Source: Nemertoderma westbladi
Taxonomy: Eukaryota; Animalia; Xenacoelomorpha
Assembly: GCA_032718475.1 (NCBI GenBank)
Contig: JAUCBJ010005394.1
Coordinates: forward strand, 1 to 51,970
Direction: 5' to 3'
Length of the DNA: 51,970 bases
In this document: positions 39,544-51,629 of the stretch, in pieces
How the letters are laid out: the number at the start of each line of letters is the position of its first letter
Numbering within the stretch: the first letter of the stretch is position 1
Notes under the pieces: generated by a model
Told to the model about the DNA's origin: nothing
The model's database searches: none
What the model saw: the letters and a program-made list of their open reading frames with translations, nothing else
Program-made: the position numbers and the translations under genes

Positions 39544-39964
39544 AGCTAAATCAACAGAATCCAATAAGAAGAAATTAAACATCTCAGTAACCTCGTCTTC
39601 CAGTAAGGATGACAGCCCAATCAGTCTATCAACCGTGAGAATAACTTCTCTGTCTACCCAAGATACAGAGGAACCTGAACCCAGATACTCCCCAGTTGTC
39701 ATAGAAACCAAGAACGCAACACAAACTAACATCATACGTCACTGGGCGAGTTCAGCCAATAGGAACGCTGTTGGCATAGCAACACGATCCTATCCATTTA
39801 GACGATTTAGTTACGACCCGCGTATAGAGTTGGGATACAGTGACTGGTCGCGTGGTCTGATATCACGTGATAAGGTACAGCAGTGTACGGCGTTCGATTA
39901 CATTGTTGTTAACGGACAAAATAATATGTGTGTGGATGTCGCCAAGGAAACAGTAACAGAATAA
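39544..39964 (+). CDS. Probable last coding exon of the same uncharacterised gene
   Basis: Long T-rich tract and ttatag| acceptor in phase 2, matching the previous donor; open to TAA (AKSTESNKKK...DVAKETVTE*). Confidence 0.68.
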
Positions 39965-40963
39965 TATGCCAGTTAGACATATTCCGCAGTAATTCAAATA
40001 CAAGATCCCTTAATTACAATACAAAAAGCATTTCGTGATCGCTGGTTTTTAAACATAGATATTGTGATTGCTTATTCATTCCGACCCATCCCCATCCATC
40101 AAAAAAATTGGGATTTTCAACTATTCTTTTAAATTTTAATTCGATTTTAATATTATCAGATTATTGCCGTACTTATGTGTTGCCGTACTGTTATAGGGAA
40201 GAACTTTGATCAAAATAATGTTGGAATCAATATAATTCCAATCGAATTGTTATAGATTTTATTTATTATTCTTTTGGCGGACGAGTTAAACAGTTTTTGG
40301 TCCATTTCAGTTCAGTTCGGTCCAGATAGAGTTACAGATTATAATCCAATCCGTAGCTTTCCATAATGTTTAACTTGGCGGCCCGGGAGTTTTAAAATTG
40401 CATCTCCATTCAGCAGCAATACAGCCGTACATGAGACAACAAACAACTGTACAAAGTACTGTACACATTCCTGCATTCTGATATTTGTTATATCCACGTA
40501 CCAGTAGGCCTAAGGCCTATCACGATATTATGCTCCGATATTTCCTTAAACAGGGGTGTCTCATGAACGTATAAATTCCAGAATATTTTACCGAACAGTT
40601 GGAATATGAACGTGTTACCGGTACCGTTACCGGTACCTCCTTGGAAAATTTTTTAATAAATTCCATTGGAAAAAATTCAAATTTCATCTTCATTCATTCA
40701 TCTTATCTTAATGTCGTAGGCCTACTGTCATACTGTTATAGGCTATATTATATATATAATTGTCATAGGGTATATATTTAAACGTTTACTGTAGGCCTAG
40801 TATTCTACTCACTCAGTCGCTCGCACTATTCATAGCGTGCAGTTATAGGGCTTATCAGCTTATATGCTGAATGTTGATAGCTTTCTCTATATTAATAGCA
40901 GAATAGCCCTACTGCTATCATGTAGTATTGGATGCTGTGAGCTTTATATTCTGATACGACCCA

Positions 40964-42328
40964 ATGGAAGTCGACGTGTATGCATCACCTCGCAGACCAC
41001 TGCAGTTACGTATCAACCGACCTACCGGTTTCCGACCGCATCCAGTCAGTCCAACTCTAGTCGAACCGGTATCGCAATCTCCGACGACCCCGGGACTTAA
41101 ATTAATCCGGACTGTTTCCTGTCCCCAGCGCGATAAAAACAAACCGAAACAGCTGTCTACAGACAACCGGAACAAACTGGTCCGCAGTCTAACTGAAAGT
41201 AATGTTAGACAAACCCATCCCGCAAGTAAGTTGCTCAGCAACAACCAAACTGGCACTTCGAAACGAAATCAACGATTACAAGACGAAACACCGAATAATC
41301 TCCTCACAAAACGCGAATCAAAACACGTCACAGATACCGAAGATGTTGCCACCACCGGTAAACCTATAAACCGAAGATGCAACATAATAATATCCGCAGT
41401 AATTTGTATTTCCATGGCGATTCTCTCTGTTTGTTTAATATATTATTACTTGACGTCTTATGGAAATGTTTGCAGCATTAGGCAGCTTTCCCCTGTTAAA
41501 GACATTAGAATGACTCTCTTATCTGTTTTAAACCAACAACTTATAGGCCAACCCCACGCCATTCACGCGATCTCTTCCACTCTACCTAACTACATAAGCA
41601 GTTCGGCCCCTGTCACCGCGGTCTATATCTTCTACGGGGGTCCTGGAGTTGGTAAGACCTTCACTTCCCAACTCCTTAGTAACAGTGTATTCTTAGAACC
41701 CAAGAATCCGTGCAATAAGTTACACGTGACTCGTAATGAATTCAACGACAGTAAATACGTTGATTCGATTACTAATGAAATAAAATATTTCTTTAATTCC
41801 CCCTCAATATCAACTGAATCTTCGGTAAAACTTTTTATTGTTGATTCAGCGGAGGATATAAGTGTAGGATTATCCAATGGGATCGATGCCGCTACTCATA
41901 ATCTTCCTGGAATCTCTATTGTAATTATTTTAACCAATCAGGGCTCAGAGATTCTCGCGAATGCCCTTCGCAGTCGTTTAGCTGCAGGTCTATCGAGGGA
42001 ATCTATATCGGCAAACGATATTAACAATCGATTTGTTGAAGAATACCCAGAATGGTCACGTTTACGACTAACTGGTGACTGTAACTCCGTTGGTGCGGTA
42101 GTTAGTGCCTCCACTCTGACTCCTGGCCACACGGTAGACTGCAGTAGAACGACCAACACATTCGTGCATTACGTTCCATTTCTACCGCTAGAGGTGTCTC
42201 ACGTTCGCCAGTGCATCTCGCGCCATCTACTGTACCAATCAGGTACTGCACACGGTGACTCCAGTGTGATTTTTGTACCTCACGATAACAACATCGCGAA
42301 ATTTGGTTGCAAGAAATTAATGAATTAA
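40964..42328 (+). CDS. Torsin-family AAA+ protein with an N-terminal transmembrane anchor (torsin-4A-like, 454 aa, intronless)
   Basis: Low-complexity N-terminus, TM helix IIISAVICISMAILSVCLIYYYL, L.QQLIGQPHA, Walker A GGPGVGKT, IILTNQG, YVPFLPLE..HVRQCI and terminal GCKK are all torsin signatures. Confidence 0.9.
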   Translation: MEVDVYASPRRPLQLRINRPTGFRPHPVSPTLVEPVSQSPTTPGLKLIRTVSCPQRDKNKPKQLSTDNRNKLVRSLTESNVRQTHPASKLLSNNQTGTSKRNQRLQDETPNNLLTKRESKHVTDTEDVATTGKPINRRCNIIISAVICISMAILSVCLIYYYLTSYGNVCSIRQLSPVKDIRMTLLSVLNQQLIGQPHAIHAISSTLPNYISSSAPVTAVYIFYGGPGVGKTFTSQLLSNSVFLEPKNPCNKLHVTRNEFNDSKYVDSITNEIKYFFNSPSISTESSVKLFIVDSAEDISVGLSNGIDAATHNLPGISIVIILTNQGSEILANALRSRLAAGLSRESISANDINNRFVEEYPEWSRLRLTGDCNSVGAVVSASTLTPGHTVDCSRTTNTFVHYVPFLPLEVSHVRQCISRHLLYQSGTAHGDSSVIFVPHDNNIAKFGCKKLMN

Positions 42329-43263
42329 GAAAGAAAGTGTTATTGGTTCAATTGATAACTGTCGCCATATATAATAACTATTTGAACTATATAATTTTTT
42401 GAACTATTTGAATCACCCGACCTTTAGTTGGCACTCCTACTAACGGATTTGGTGGTTCCTAATCAATATAAGAAGATATTCACTAACATTTTTAGCGGTG
42501 TTCTGGTGGGTTTATAAAGTTTGTTACGTCACTCATTAGAGAATAAACATCATCCAACTGTAACGAGAACCTGATGGTGGGCATTTTATTTGGAGATTAA
42601 TGGATGCCATTATATAAAATGAACATTTGTAACTGAAACTAAACAATTATTGATTCGGTATTTGAAGATTTTTATTTTCTTGTTTATTCAGTATATTTTT
42701 GTTGCGTTTTTTTTTAGTTTCGTTACAGCTAAAGGAGGAGGCCCTCCGTGGTTTGGAGATTATATGCACGTTGAAGTTCTGTAACTATGGCGACAAGTCA
42801 CTATATATTTTATTTCTCAACGTTATTTCATTAGGAACGTAATAATTTGTTATTGTTTTTGTTTATTATTGATTTATACCAGAAGTTACGTGATTTATTA
42901 TATTACTCAACAGTTTACTTTGCCTTCAAGATAGTTTAAATTACATTTACTGGACTTTAAATACAAAAATAAATTAGTGAGTTAAATCACAAGCCACGTG
43001 TCGTTAGAGTCAGGTTTTATTGAATAAAATGCAAAATATAACTGCGATAAATCTATGACATACAATTTTTTGAACTCATCAGGGCGCCTTTGTCCAAATT
43101 ATAAGAAGAGAGTATAATTCTCAATTAATATGGAAAAAATAGTAATTTAAAAACAAACACCCTCCATTAACTAAACCATTCAATTTATCAAATGCAATTA
43201 ATTATAGGACTCGATATCCATAGAATCTGTCCTCCCCTATTGCACAGGTGTGTATGACGTCAT

Positions 43264-45788
43264 TCAGGGGTTAATAGCAGCTGGTAACCCTGGCAACCGC
43301 CTGTCGATATTGAGTCTTCGCTTAGCGGGACCATCGGCTAGTCCCGACGGTGTCTTCGCACCGCCGGTGTACGGTGCATCACCGCCGTACTCGATGGCTA
43401 GCTCCTGCTCTGTTACGGCCCGGGGGACACCGACAACTCCCTTTATAACGCAGTTGACCTGAGCGAGGATCGAACCCGGGACCGGTGTGATCACGTAGAG
43501 GATGTCGTGGCTGATACCCCGGACTAACCCGAAACCTAGGCAACGGTTGGGCGGGACGCTGGTCAGCAGACCGGTTGCCGGGGTAACCAAGGCCGCGTCG
43601 ACCGCGCACAGCGCGACTACGCTGTAATTTAGCGCGTACACGGCTACGTCATCGTCCACACGAGGGCCCACGACGCAGACAGCTACTTCCGGTAGCCGGA
43701 AGTTGACCGGGGTAGCCGAGCGGAGGGGTTCGTCGGAGATGGGGTTCATAGCGGAAGCGAGGTAGGAGAGGATGGCCAAGTCTCGGAGGTCCTTGGCGTT
43801 GTACCGGGGGTGGGGGGTTGGAGTGCAACGGGGATGGGAGGGGGGTTGGTGGTGGAGACGGTAGGTTAGCGGATGGGTGGGATCGGGGTCAATGACACTT
43901 TGTGAAGCCGGTCCAGTCACCCATCCTGATTGGTTGTCAACCCACCCCGATTCCAACTTGGCGCAGTTGTCCTTGGGATTGGAACTGTCTAGTTGAACCA
44001 CGTCGGTCGGACGGACTATCCGGATTATATCGACTAGAGTCCGGAATCCGACCCCAGTCATCCACCCTTGGGTGTTTACCACCAACACCGACGGGCTCTG
44101 TAGCTGTCGGTACCGCTGGTACAGACGTCCGACAGCCTCCACGTACCGAGCCGGGTCGTCGGCCGGACTCAGCAGACCGTAGAACTCGCTGTGTACCGGG
44201 GTCTGTAGATGGGAGAATGGTGGCCCGGTCAACGGTCCGAGAACCCGGGTTAATGAAAGACACCCGGGTGGAGTGAACTCTGTCTGCCCGAGGTCGAGGT
44301 CAAGGTACATAACTTCGGGACCTAATGGGGTGTCTCCAGACATACCCAAACCGACCGGGTCCCCAGACATATTCAGACCTATGGGGTCCCCAGATTCACC
44401 CAGATATACTGGGTGGTCTCGAGACACATCAGGACCTACCGGGGGCTCTCCCGACAGAAACCGGTTAATTACAAATCGACTTAACGTTGATTTTCCAGTA
44501 TTTTTCGCTCCAGCTATTAAAATGACCTGGGGTCTAATAACGGTGGCGCTTCGTTCAGTTTCATTGTCCGTAAAAACTCCGTTACCCGATTGATTCGGCG
44601 TTTCGTCCATGGTAGAAACTCCGTTACCCGATAGTTTCGGCGTTTCGTCCACGGTAGAAAGTCTGTTACCCGCTGGTTTCGGCGTTTCGTCCATGGTAGA
44701 AAATTCGTTACCCGATAGATGTGGCGTTTGGTCCACGGTAGAAACTCCATTACCCGATAGTTTCGGCGTTTCGTCCACGGTAGAAACTCCGTAACCCGAT
44801 AGTTTCGGCGTTTTGTCCACAGTAGAAACTCCGCTACCCGATAGTTTCGGCGTTTCGTCCACGGTAGAAACTCCGTCACCCGATTGTTTCGTCGTTTCGT
44901 CCACGGTAGAAACTCCGTGACCCGACACTTTCGCCGCGCGGATTTTATTTAGCGCCGAATCGCACCACGACCGCAAACAATCCTTATCCTTCTCTAAACT
45001 ACTGTGATTTATTATCTGAACATCGACGTCCATTTTACTCGACTCACTGCTAATGACGCCACTAACTACATCGCCGACTAGTCCGTTTAATAGTTGAGTA
45101 TTTTTTCGTAGGATCGGCCCGTGTCGCACCCTGTCTAGCGAGTAAATACCCAGACGAGACAAACGTCTACAACCTGAAGTTTTATTCTTAAAGAAACTGC
45201 TACGGTGATCCCGTGGTAGAAATACACACTTGTATCGATCGAAACTAGAGATTTTATCGATACAACTCAACGGCAACTCCTGTAATAAAATGATCGAATT
45301 CCACTTGTTAATCCTTAGATACTTCCTTAAATATTTCAAACGTTTCTCACCAAGGACTTTTTGAAACTTTTTAAATATGTTTTTAATTTTTGGTCTAACA
45401 GATGAGCTCGTGTTGGTTATACACAATGCACTGTGGGTGTAGGGTGAGTATAACTTTATGGAGTTACTTTTACGCACAGAGTAGCCAATCACAGAAACAT
45501 CACCTTGTAAAACAGTCATGGATGATTTGCCATGGAACGGGAAAGAACCTCCACACGACAAGCTGAATAGCAGAGACGTGCAAGTTATTTTGCAAACTCG
45601 GGAACTATTTAAGTCTTCAGACCATAAAAATCGTTCCAATCCATCATCTTCTTTATGGACAGTAGTGTCACCATCATTAGTTTCTTGTAGCCCTGTGTCT
45701 TCATTAGTTTCTTCCGCCATATCGGAATCCATTTTGGAGGATAGGACAGTATCAGGCAAGCTATCTAGGCCTATAGTCTGACACGACA
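43264..45788 (-). CDS. NOL9: Polynucleotide 5'-hydroxyl kinase NOL9/Grc3 (single large exon; first in-frame ATG at 45732)
   Basis: Walker A GAKNTGKST, YLDLDLGQTEFTPPGCLSL, GPPFSH, LVVNTQGW..GVG, CLGFGLVRGI and LYVITPV. The ORF begins right after a ctgcag| acceptor at 45790-45789. Confidence 0.95.
44570..44925 (-). repeat. 39-bp in-frame coding tandem repeat within NOL9 (about 9 units)
   Basis: 13-aa unit SGNGVSTVDETPK(L/Q). Confidence 0.95.
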
Positions 45789-46959
45789 CTGCAGATGCAG
45801 AATGCTAAGCAATAATCAGATAATTAGTTGAATTAATTATTATCTAGGGGCCTATATTTCATTTTTTACACCAGCAGGCCGATCAGTTAGAAAGCCCACA
45901 TACCAGCATACTGACATAGACATAAGGTAGACAGAAATTGGGTGTGTCATACGCAGTCGAAGTCAATTTCGCGTTCGCCCGAATAGTAGCGATTAACTAA
46001 CCCCAGCCCAGTGCCTAGACAGTGTAAATTCCGGTAATCAAATCATGCCCACTATACAGACGGCTATAACAAGGAAATGCGCCAGTCTGTCAGTACGCAG
46101 TACTATCGCATAGATACAGTACTGAGGTATGCCTATACGGGAACGGGACATCAGTACGCGCCAGTTGTTTATGTTGTGTATGGTAATGGCAATGGTACGG
46201 TACTGTAGTTGAAATAATAGGATCTCCTGTGTCAGCCACCATTCACATAGGCCTAATGCTTAACGACTTAAAAATATTTAGGTATCTTAATTCTTGTTAT
46301 TGCGTGCATTGTGTGTGAAAAATTGTTATCAAAAAATATAAATTTAAAATAGTTTACTTCTGTACTGGTACTGGCCTATGCCTATTTGATTGGTGCTATG
46401 GTGTGCAGTGCATGTCTCCTTTGGTGACATGGTGTCTCCTCCAGTCCTGTTTTGCCTGAATGGGGATGCATGCAATTAATTTAAAACTCCCGCGCTGTAA
46501 AGTTACCATCATGGTGAGAGCTATTGAATTGGACCCCCCCCCCCCCCCCCCCCGTCCCCGTACAGTTAATTACACAGGGGTGTAGCCAGGATTTATCTTG
46601 GGGAGGGGCAAAGGTTTGTAATTAAAAACAGTGTGCCTTATATACTGTAGTGTCACAATCAGTGCACACGCGACCCCACCCCCCCCCCCCCCCCCAAATT
46701 TTCGACAAATTACACTTGAGAATGGTACTACTTCTGGGTGATTCATCATTTTTATTTTTGCCACCTTTGCAGTGCAGTTACTAGTCACACCTATAGTGGT
46801 TTGTTGCCGTTGGTATATTTTGAAAGGTAGTTTTGTAGGGATTCAAAATATGTGTGAAAATATGAATTTTGGTGAGGAATAGCTGAGAGAAAGCTTTCAT
46901 TCTATTTGGAAGCGAGCAAATTAAACGTGGCCGGAAGCCCGAAGACTCCTCTTTCAATA

Positions 46960-47132
46960 GGTGCTCCCCGAAGGTAGGGGTAGGTGCTACTACTATCCCT
47001 AGTTTTGGTCCCACTAATTCAAATGGTCCCCCTTTTATCGACCCCAGGGGATGAAGTGCTGAGTGGACAATGCCAGGGCTCGAACCTACAACCATTCGAT
47101 TGTAGACCCGGAACTCAACCAACCACGCCGCC
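46960..47132 (-). mobile_element. tRNA-derived SINE
   Basis: Minus strand ggcggcgtggttgg...ggttgtaggttcgagccctggc (B-box), then gtccactcagcacttcatcccctggggtcgataaa, which resembles conserved central domains of metazoan SINEs. Confidence 0.65.
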
Positions 47133-47917
47133 TTTTTTCTATTTAATAAACACCATATTAGGGAACATTGTTTATTTCTAAATAGCTACAGTTTTGTTAC
47201 ACAAGATTACTAAGGGCATCAGCATTAAACATCAGCTGGAGACAACACATAACAAATGCCAAGCTTTGACACAATACCATCTTGCTGGAACTACACTAGT
47301 AGTAGTAGTACAGTAATTGCTGAAATATCGAGGGAGTCACATTTTCAAAGCAAGAAAAACAATTCTGATTCAGGAAGTTAGACCCCGAGGTCAGATCTTT
47401 CTTTCACATTTCATGCAATAGCAATACGATTTGTAGATAAATTGGATGGTGGTGGTGAGGATGTACCTGAATTACGACACTATAATTCCGGGATATGGTG
47501 CACACAAATATGCTGTTAGCTCAGGAAAATTGAAACGGGATCATACACAACTACACAAATATCGCAGCATCGGCACATCCTATGGAGGTTTTTGCACTCC
47601 CTTTGGGGCATTTGCCCCCCCCCCCCCCCCCCCCCCCCCCCTCTGGATACACCCATGACCAGCCACAAGGTACCTAAATCAGGAACTATCACCTACTAAT
47701 AATGTACCTAAATTACAAAATTAGGCTTCACCAATGAAATTATACAGTTTAACTTACCCACAGTGCAAGTATTGGTGGACGTTAAAGACTATAAATACCC
47801 CGCTCTCCTGCATGTTACCTATAAGGCTGAGGGGGCGCCACCCGAACTCCCAAGGTTGAATACCCATCACTTGCAATGTATATTTACTCCCGGGTCCCCA
47901 GCTTCATCTCGTAGCCT

Positions 47918-48275
47918 GGTTATGGTGCGTTAGGTCCGTGGCATTAGGTTCAGTCTGCCTCCAAAATCAGGCAGGTTAGTAAATGAGCAGGTTACAGAGG
48001 CGAGTTGAAAGTAACCAAAACAATAAACGAGAGTTAGGGATATTGTAGAATAGATTAATAGAGAATCAACAATCAGATATATGCTATGACCTAATGCTAC
48101 ATGACCTAAAGCGCCAGGACCTAACGCTACAGGACCTAACGCGCCAGGACTTAAAGCTACGGGACCTAATGCGCCAGGACCTAACGCGCCAGGACTTAAA
48201 GCTACGGGACCTAACGCTACAGGACCTAACGCTATAGGACCTAAGGTACCGATTTGGACCTAACGCTACATTACC
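47918..48275. mobile_element. MITE-like element (family C) with a 15-bp subterminal tandem repeat
   Basis: Left end ggttatggtgcgttaggtcc is inverted relative to right end ggacctaacgctacattacc. About 11 units of ggacctaacgc(gcca/taca) lie at 48087-48245, and the shared core cassette is at 47984-48028. Confidence 0.7.
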
Positions 48276-48621
48276 CGTAGCCCTTGGATTACCATTTCGT
48301 CTAGCGACTAGTGTGTCTCCAAGTTGATCATACACCTACCGCGTCTGCATGGGTTGCATAGATATAACAACAAGTTGCATTAAAAAAGAATAATTTACAA
48401 ATAGCGAGGAATATTTCATCATATCTTCTTTATCGTTGTTACGAATTAAACAGATTTATGTTAACAAAACATTTATTCATTAAATAAATACTCAGCTACA
48501 TCAATATATACAAATAACCGTAAATAATCTAATATTTACAAATAAAGTGGAATTAGTGCAAATATAAATGAGAAGAATACGAGGTAGGAAATAAAGAAAC
48601 AAAAATATTTTAAAACTAATG

Positions 48622-49275
48622 AGTTTGGTACCGGACAATAGTAAATATAGTCCATCACGTCCGTGGATGGACCGAAGTTTGGTACCGGACAATAATAAAT
48701 ATAGTCCATCACGTCCGTGGATGGACCGAAGTTTGGTACCGGACAATAATAAATATAGTCCATCACGTCCGTGGATGGACCGAAGTTTGGTACCGGACAA
48801 TAATAAATATAGTCCATCACGTCCGTGGATGGACCGAAGTTTGGTACCGGACAATAGTAAATATAGTCCATCACGTCCGTGGATGGACCGAAGTTTGGTA
48901 CCGGACAATAATAAATATAGTCCATCACGTCCGTGGATGGACCGAAGTTTGGTACCGGACAATAATAAATATAGTCCATCACGTCCGTGGATGGACCGAA
49001 GTTTGGTACCGGACAATAATAAATATAGTCCATCACGTCCGTGGATGGACCGAAGTTTGGTACCGGACAATAGTAAATATAGTCCATCACGTCCGTGGAT
49101 GGACCGAAGTTTGGTACCGGACAATAATAAATATAGTCCATCACGTCCGTGGATGGACCGAAGTTTGGTACCGGACAATAATAAATATAGTCCATCACGT
49201 CCGTGGATGGACCGAAGTTTGGTACCGGACAATAATAAATATAGTCCATCACGTCCGTGGATGGACCGAAGTTTG
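48622..49275. repeat. 54-bp tandem array, 12 units
   Basis: Unit agtttggtaccggacaata(a/g)taaatatagtccatcacgtccgtggatggaccga; no spacers. Confidence 0.98.
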
Positions 49276-49753
49276 AGCCGGACAAGTCGAATGACAAGCA
49301 AACCCGACACTGCTGTAAGGCTGAAGTTTCCTAAATAATTAATTAATAAATAAATAGTAGGCCTAATTGGGATTAATAAATACTGTAATGGCGCCCCAAA
49401 GCTGTCTGACTATGTGGAATATAAGCCGCCCTCGATATTTTTATTATATCATCGATATATTTCAATTATTAAATAATTAAATAATATTATAAACGTTTTT
49501 TAAGTGAGAGTGGTGTAAAATTGAAATTTGTTTGATTGAAATTACCTTTTTTTTTTAGAAATTATATTAAAAGTTCCAAGCCATTGTAATTAATTAGTAT
49601 TACCTATTATATAAAAATATATTAAACCTTTTATCACTACTAACAGACAAACTATCAATATTCTATTAATAAACCCACTCATCACGATAGTAACAGGTCC
49701 AGCCCACCCTAATGGGTCCACTGCATTGATGGCTCTCTAAATAAAATTAATTA

Positions 49754-50893
49754 CACTGAAAAAACGATATGTTGGTTTTTTAATAAAACTAAGTTTTTAT
49801 CAAATAAACGGTATAAATTATTAACCAATGGTTTTAACGGATTAAAAAAATCCAACAGTTAAAAAAAACAATAGTTATTTTAACCGTTATATAAATAAAT
49901 TTATAGAAAACCTCAGTTTAATTATAAAATACTGCAATAGTTTTAATAACATTAGATAAATGATAGGTAATTTTTAATGGTTGTAATATGAGAAAACCAA
50001 TAGTTAAAATTTTAAACTGTTGGTTTTGAAGCAAACTTTCTTTTTATATTGAGTACTGTACTAAAGCCAATTGTTTTAATTAATATTGGAATCTAACAAT
50101 ATAAAGAGTATTGATGAAATGGAAATCCGAATGGAAATAGATGCCATTTAAATGATATCAACTATCTACTATTTTTCTAATTTTTTCCAAAAAAAATTAG
50201 AGGTACTGGGGATTCCGACTTGCTAAAAATAGCTGCGTTGTATGAAGGTGCGATGGTGTACATAGTACATCATAACAACTTGGCTCTATTCTGGTCACAT
50301 CAGCTCCAATTCTAACTCAATGTGACTTTAAGTTTTCACAATACACGCACGCAATTAAGGGAAATGAACAGGTTAACGTCGCGGTGTTTTCTAACCAAAA
50401 CAATAAATAAAACTTTATCTCGCTTGCTCTCAATTTGAGTTGGACATGACAATATTCACTTGCGGTCAATGTGCGCCATTATCCCTAAAAATCAACAGTT
50501 TTTAAACAAACTAACGGTTTTTAATAAATACCAAATTAATAGTTGTAAACAGCGAGTCGGTTCAGAGGCGTCGGTAGTACAGTGGTCAAAATATGGTAGA
50601 TGGATCAGGAAGTCTCGAGTTCGAATCCAACTCAAAACCAACAGTTTATAGAGAAGATACGAAAAACTACCAGTTTATAAAGTAGAAATAATGGTTTGTG
50701 TAAAAACAGAAAGTAACTGCTAGTTTGATCATTTTGTGTCTTTGAAAATTAATAAACCATTGGTCTAATTGGTGCATTATTAACTCTTAAGTTATTTCCG
50801 AAAACTAATAGTTAATAAATTATAATAAAAAAACTCTTGGTTTTCGAAAATGAACATTTTCCCTGGAAAAAACCAACGCAGGTTTCTTCAGTG
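49754..50893. mobile_element. Non-autonomous CACTG-ended DNA element (CMC/EnSpm-like)
   Basis: ta|cactgaaaaaac ... ggtttcttcagtg|ta gives an imperfect TIR with TA on both flanks; the AT-rich interior repeats aaaccaatagttaaaa-like motifs. Confidence 0.6.
50565..50640 (+). mobile_element. tRNA-like head (SINE or pseudo-tRNA)
   Basis: A-box-like tagtacagtgg and B-box gagttcgaatcc at tRNA spacing; the anticodon arm is degenerate. Confidence 0.5.
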
Positions 50894-51397
50894 TAGTTGA
50901 GAATCATGAGATATCGAAGGAATAAATCTTTACTGTTAAACAATTTCATTCGCACTAAATGGCTATCCTAGATAATAAAAACATTTGTGGCAGTGAAATA
51001 ACATTCATGCAATTAGACAATTAACAAATTATTCTAATAACAAGTTTCAATTAATATAGCACTTTTAATAAATTAGCCTAACACGTTACTTTAGTTGAAT
51101 TTGGCTACCTATTTTTCGCACCAAAATAAGTAAATTTCCGTAAATTTTTTTAAACGAATTCGATAATCAATGGCTCATAAACCTAACGGGTAAATGTAAC
51201 ATAAATATTAAATAGATTGGCTGTGAGAATTTGTGACTATAGTTGATTGGGATGTGGGTTTAATTATATTTTGCATAGTCTAATAAATACTATTTACTAT
51301 AATAAATAACTATGGCAACTGTTTGTGCAACAATAACAACGTGAGAATCATTAGCAGCACTGCACTTGGGAATGGTGGGCGGGTTAGGTTAGTAAAG

Positions 51398-51539
51398 TCA
51401 GAAAAGTCCCTTTCCTATACTTTTGGATTTTTTACCGTAATCAATGTGTTTGGAAGAAACATCCAACAGCTGTCTGCGTCTCTGCTCCTCCAACGCCTGC
51501 TGGGATTCCTCCCATATAGCTTTCTCTTTCTCGAATATA
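51398..51539 (-). CDS. SEPT7: Septin-7/peanut-like, last coding exon
   Basis: Phase-2 acceptor attttag|. IFEKEKAIWEESQQALEEQRRRQLL...GKKSKSIGKGLF* matches the SEPT7/Pnut C-terminus (FE.EK..WE ... KKKG(L/I)F). This frame is not in the ORF track. Confidence 0.88.
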
Positions 51540-51629
51540 CTAAAATAAATGTATCATTGTGATAATCTAATGATAAATGATAAGTAATAATTAACCAACT
51601 TAAATACATAATTATCTATCTACACCAAC

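Noticed and set aside
48501-49338. Three long ORFs (239-269 aa) and a CRISPR-like hairpin repeat
   Set aside because: The ORFs are by-products of a stop-free 54-bp unit. There are no unique spacers or cas genes, and the context is eukaryotic.
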